A stretch of 64,000 bases of DNA from Hydrogenophilales bacterium CG12_big_fil_rev_8_21_14_0_65_61_21 (lineage in GTDB: Bacteria > Pseudomonadota > Gammaproteobacteria > Burkholderiales > Thiobacillaceae): assembly GCA_002782005.1 (NCBI GenBank), contig PFGT01000074.1, positions 56 to 64,055 of the forward strand. The letters are read 5' to 3'. Shown piece after piece: positions 63,119 through 64,000 of the stretch. The notes below the pieces were generated by a model. The model was not told the DNA's origin. It ran no database searches and was given only the letters and a program-made list of their open reading frames with translations. Each line of letters begins with the position of its first letter. Positions within the stretch are counted from its first letter, which is position 1. Made by a program: the position numbers and the translations under genes.

Positions 63119-63292
63119 GGAAAGTGGATTGACAGAAAACAGGCCGGAAGACTAGCATGTCGTCACCGCCGAGTTAACGGACAACTTGCAGGGCGGCCGG
63201 GCAAAAGCCCGAAATACTGCTAAAGCGTCACCGCTTCCAGGTCCCCGAAGCCGGTCACGCCGGTTAAAGTATGGGGACGACAAGGAAGCATC

Positions 63293-64000
<708 letters not shown>

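Overview
High-GC proteobacterial chromosomal segment, densely coded and mostly housekeeping. The gene order looks gammaproteobacterial. Several blocks are syntenic with E. coli: yibN-grxC-secB-gpsA facing gpmM-envC, miaB-ybeZ-ybeY-corC, zapA-ssrS-ygfA, and dapF-yigA-xerC. I see no CRISPR array, transposase, prophage or recognisable defence or toxin-antitoxin module. I support 68 CDS (two are speculative small ORFs, and metK is cut by the window end), one tRNA-Met(CAT), one 6S RNA, and a set of promoters, operators and terminators. Five places deserve a second look. (1) A sigma54-promoted, signal-peptide-bearing protein built almost entirely of Gly/Trp/Asn repeats (48398-48844), behind a 420-bp AT-rich control region. 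(2) A YgaV/BigR/SqrR-like two-Cys ArsR repressor with a perfect 9-4-9 operator over the -10 of an OMF-MFP-RND efflux operon. That operon runs on into DUF2892, rhodanese, grxC and trxC, and sits inside the conserved yibN/gpmM locus. (3) An orphan sigma54-like promoter followed by a strong intrinsic terminator (57485-57582), upstream of a MoaD-like gene that has lost its C-terminal Gly-Gly. (4) A cNMP/CBS/DUF294 nucleotidyltransferase plus DEDDh exonuclease pair co-transcribed with a DUF4212/ActP-type symporter. (5) A 387-aa protein I cannot place in any family (8469-9632). Protein calls come from motif recognition in the supplied translations. RNA ends and promoter calls are approximate, and no database search was run.
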